Part shown: positions 61,634 through 64,000 of the stretch, in pieces | Numbering within the stretch: the stretch's first letter is position 1 | How the letters are laid out: each line of letters opens with the position of its first letter | From: Heptranchias perlo | Lineage: Eukaryota | Length of the DNA: 64,000 bases | Direction: 5' to 3' | Assembly: GCF_035084215.1 (NCBI RefSeq) | Contig: NC_090367.1 | Span: 5,642,001 to 5,706,000 of the forward strand | Translations under genes and position numbers: made by a program | The notes under the pieces: model-generated | Told to the model about the DNA's origin: nothing | The model's database searches: none | What the model saw: only the letters and a program-made list of their open reading frames with translations

Positions 61634-62651
61634 GTGAGTAGTACATATGCCACTGTTCTAGTGGTAAAGTATTTCAGCCTTTCCACCAGGCAAAACAAAC
61701 TAACAAGTCAAGAAGATGCACAGTCACAAGAAACCATTTTGAACAGTTCTCTACCTAAACCTAAAGACTGTTTGGTGAAATCGCTTTGAGAAACTGAAGT
61801 GAAAGGCCAAAGCCCACAGTCTGGGACACCACTGAGTTTTTTTTTAAAAGTGGGAGGGAAGGAGAGGTTAATCAGGAAGCAGTGATTAGGCATGAGTCCA
61901 AAACTAGGGACAAAATATAAGATAGTCACTAATAAATCCAATAAGGAATTCAGGAGAAACTTATTTACTCGGAGAGTGGTGAGAATGTGGAACTCGCTAC
62001 CACAAGGAGTAACTGAGACGAATAGTGTGGATGCATTTAAGGGGAAGCTAGATAAAACACATGAGAGAAAGGAATAGAAAGATTTGTTGATGTGGTGAGA
62101 TGAAGTATGGAGGGAGGAGGCTCATGTGGAGCATGAACACTGGCGTAGACCAGTTGTGCCGAATGGCCTGTTTCTGTGCTGTAAATTCTAGGTAATATTC
62201 TATGTAATGTCAATCTTGTGTTTCAAAAACCTGAAGATTGTAGGAGGAAGGGGAGCAACTGAGAGAAGTGAGAAGTTCCACCAATTAGAGCTGGAGACAG
62301 TGCAGTCAGGTCTTGGATTGCAGCACTGAGGAGGAAGAGCACACAGGGTGAAGTGTTTGCAGCTTATAAGTTGAGCAAGGACTGTAGGTGATGCCCAACC
62401 CAGCCCAAACATGTCATGAAGCCTAAACCGCTTGACGTCGAGCTCACACATGAAGTGGGCAATATTGGACAGAGTATCAAAGGCTGCTCACTGCCTTTGG
62501 GAGTGGACAGGGGAAAAGTCAGGGTTGGGGAGGGTGTAGGGTTATTTCTTGGGGGATGAGGTGACTGCCTGACTGGCCTGTTGCTGTTTTTTTAATAGGG
62601 TTGTTGAGATAATGCTGAGATGTGATACTAACCTAATTCTCTCTTATCCAG

Positions 62652-62693
62652 CTCACTACATGTGTCACCACAGCACCAAGGCGCAGCCCTCGG
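62652..62693 (+). CDS. CDCA5: CDCA5 coding mini-exon 5
   Basis: 42 bp, tccag|LTTCVTTAPRRSPR|gtgagt, phase 0-0; PRRSPR is a conserved sororin motif. Confidence 0.8.
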
Positions 62694-63369
62694 GTGAGTA
62701 TATGCAATGACTTGCCTCCACTAAGCCGGAGGTACTCGGAGACTGATTTTCGAATGCCTGATAACCAGGATGACCTCGGAGACTGATTTTAGAATGCCTG
62801 ATAACTGATGACTACCTGGCCTTGGAGTTCATTGGCAAAGTTTAACTAATGTAGCAAATTTTGGTCATTTTTCAGAACTTTGGTCTTAAGATCAACTTCC
62901 CAATTTTGGTTTCAGTTGGAAAGGGAGGAAAGCGAGCGGTAATGAGGGATCATCTAGGACTAAGTGAGTCTCACAGCATCCGATTGGCATTGGGAGCAGG
63001 CCATCCATTTGTCCTGCTGCCTGAGGTCTGGTGGAGATGTTAGACGGAAAATTTAGAGGTTCTACTTTGTAAAGTGCGATTAGACTGTGTGTGTGTGTGT
63101 GACTGAGGCTAGTGATTTGTTGTGTGGATTTCTACACTGAGTGTGTACTGTCCATTGCTGCCCAAGTACTGCAATTTCACAGTTAAAAAAAACAGTATTT
63201 AAGCAGTTACAAGGAGCTGGATTAAGGTTGTGCAAATTAATATTTGTAGTGTACTGCATCATGTTCAGCAATTTTCCCTTAATAAACTAACTGGTCTATA
63301 AAATACCCGACCTGTGTTTATAATTAAAATTTTATTAATGCAAAAAAAAGTCTTGCATTTATATAGCAA

Positions 63370-63610
63370 CAAATCAATTGATGTGTTTAAAATAATAAAA
63401 GGATTCAATAGGGTAGATACAGAGAAACTATTTCCTCTGGTGGGGGAATCCAGAACAGGGGGGGGTGTAATCTTAAAATTTAGAGCTAGGCCATTCAGGA
63501 GTGATATCAGGAAGCACTTTTTCTCACAAAGGGTAGTGGAAATCCAGAACTCATCCCCCAAAAGGCTGTGGATGCTGGGGGACAATTGAATGGCCTATGC
63601 TTGTTCCTTT
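63370..63610 (+). mobile_element. CR1 LINE 3' fragment
   Basis: VFKIIKGFNRVDTEKLFPLVGESRT...RKHFFSQRVVEI. Confidence 0.8.
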
Positions 63611-63733
63611 GTTCCTAAGAACTTCACGTACAATAAATTACTTGGAAATGACTGTTATGTAAGAAAACGCAGCAGCAGGTTGAATATTCTGGGATGTAGT
63701 TCAGGTGATGTGAAAATCTTTTCTGTTCTTCAG

Positions 63734-64000
63734 ATTTCCCCCAAGGCTATGAAAGAAAATGTTTGCGGGGGCTCAGTTCAGTCGGAGAGTGTGCCCACCA
63801 GTGGGGCGGGTTTGCTGTGCACCTTGTCCTCTGCGTCTACGACCGTGACCCCCTCTACCAAGGAGAACGGAGTCTTGCCAGACACGGTGCCCACCCTCCC
63901 GGGGGACAGAGACTCGTTTATGCCCCAGAAGGTCCGGCGTTCGTACAGCCGCACGAGTCCCTTTGGAATTCACGCCTTTAACACGAGTGGGAGCAGCTTC
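63734..64000 (+). CDS. CDCA5: CDCA5 coding exon 6 (runs off window)
   Basis: ttcttcag|ISPKAMKENV...DRDSFMPQKVRRSYSRTSPFG; KEN box and KVRRSYSR motif diagnostic of sororin. Confidence 0.92.
   Translation, partial: MSPKAMKENVCGGSVQSESVPTSGAGLLCTLSSASTTVTPSTKENGVLPDTVPTLPGDRDSFMPQKVRRSYSRTSPFGIHAFNTSGSSF

Overview
Eukaryotic (vertebrate) genomic DNA, very probably a cartilaginous fish; this is inferred from Deu-domain tRNA-SINEs, L2/CR1 LINEs, Penelope remnants and dispersed minisatellites. Five intron-containing genes can be read by hand with GT-AG junctions and consistent phases: TM7SF2 (5' part, minus), VPS51 (complete, 10 exons, 788 aa, minus), TMEM262/CATSPERH (complete, 3 coding exons, 139 aa, plus, mostly missed by the ORF track), ZFPL1 (complete, 7 coding exons, 326 aa, minus) and CDCA5/sororin (5' part, plus). 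Order and orientation match what I recall for human 11q13.1. About one third of the window is five large, unrelated minisatellite arrays, four of them directly beside a promoter or first exon; these generate all of the very long repetitive ORFs. Most notable observations: a CatSper-eta orthologue with an RFX X-box, two minimal hammerhead-ribozyme motifs in a Penelope-derived element, an array of about 30 octamer (ATTTGCAT) motifs in CDCA5 intron 1, and a duplicated SPR mini-exon in sororin. Gene identities rest on my recall of the vertebrate proteins, not on database searches.
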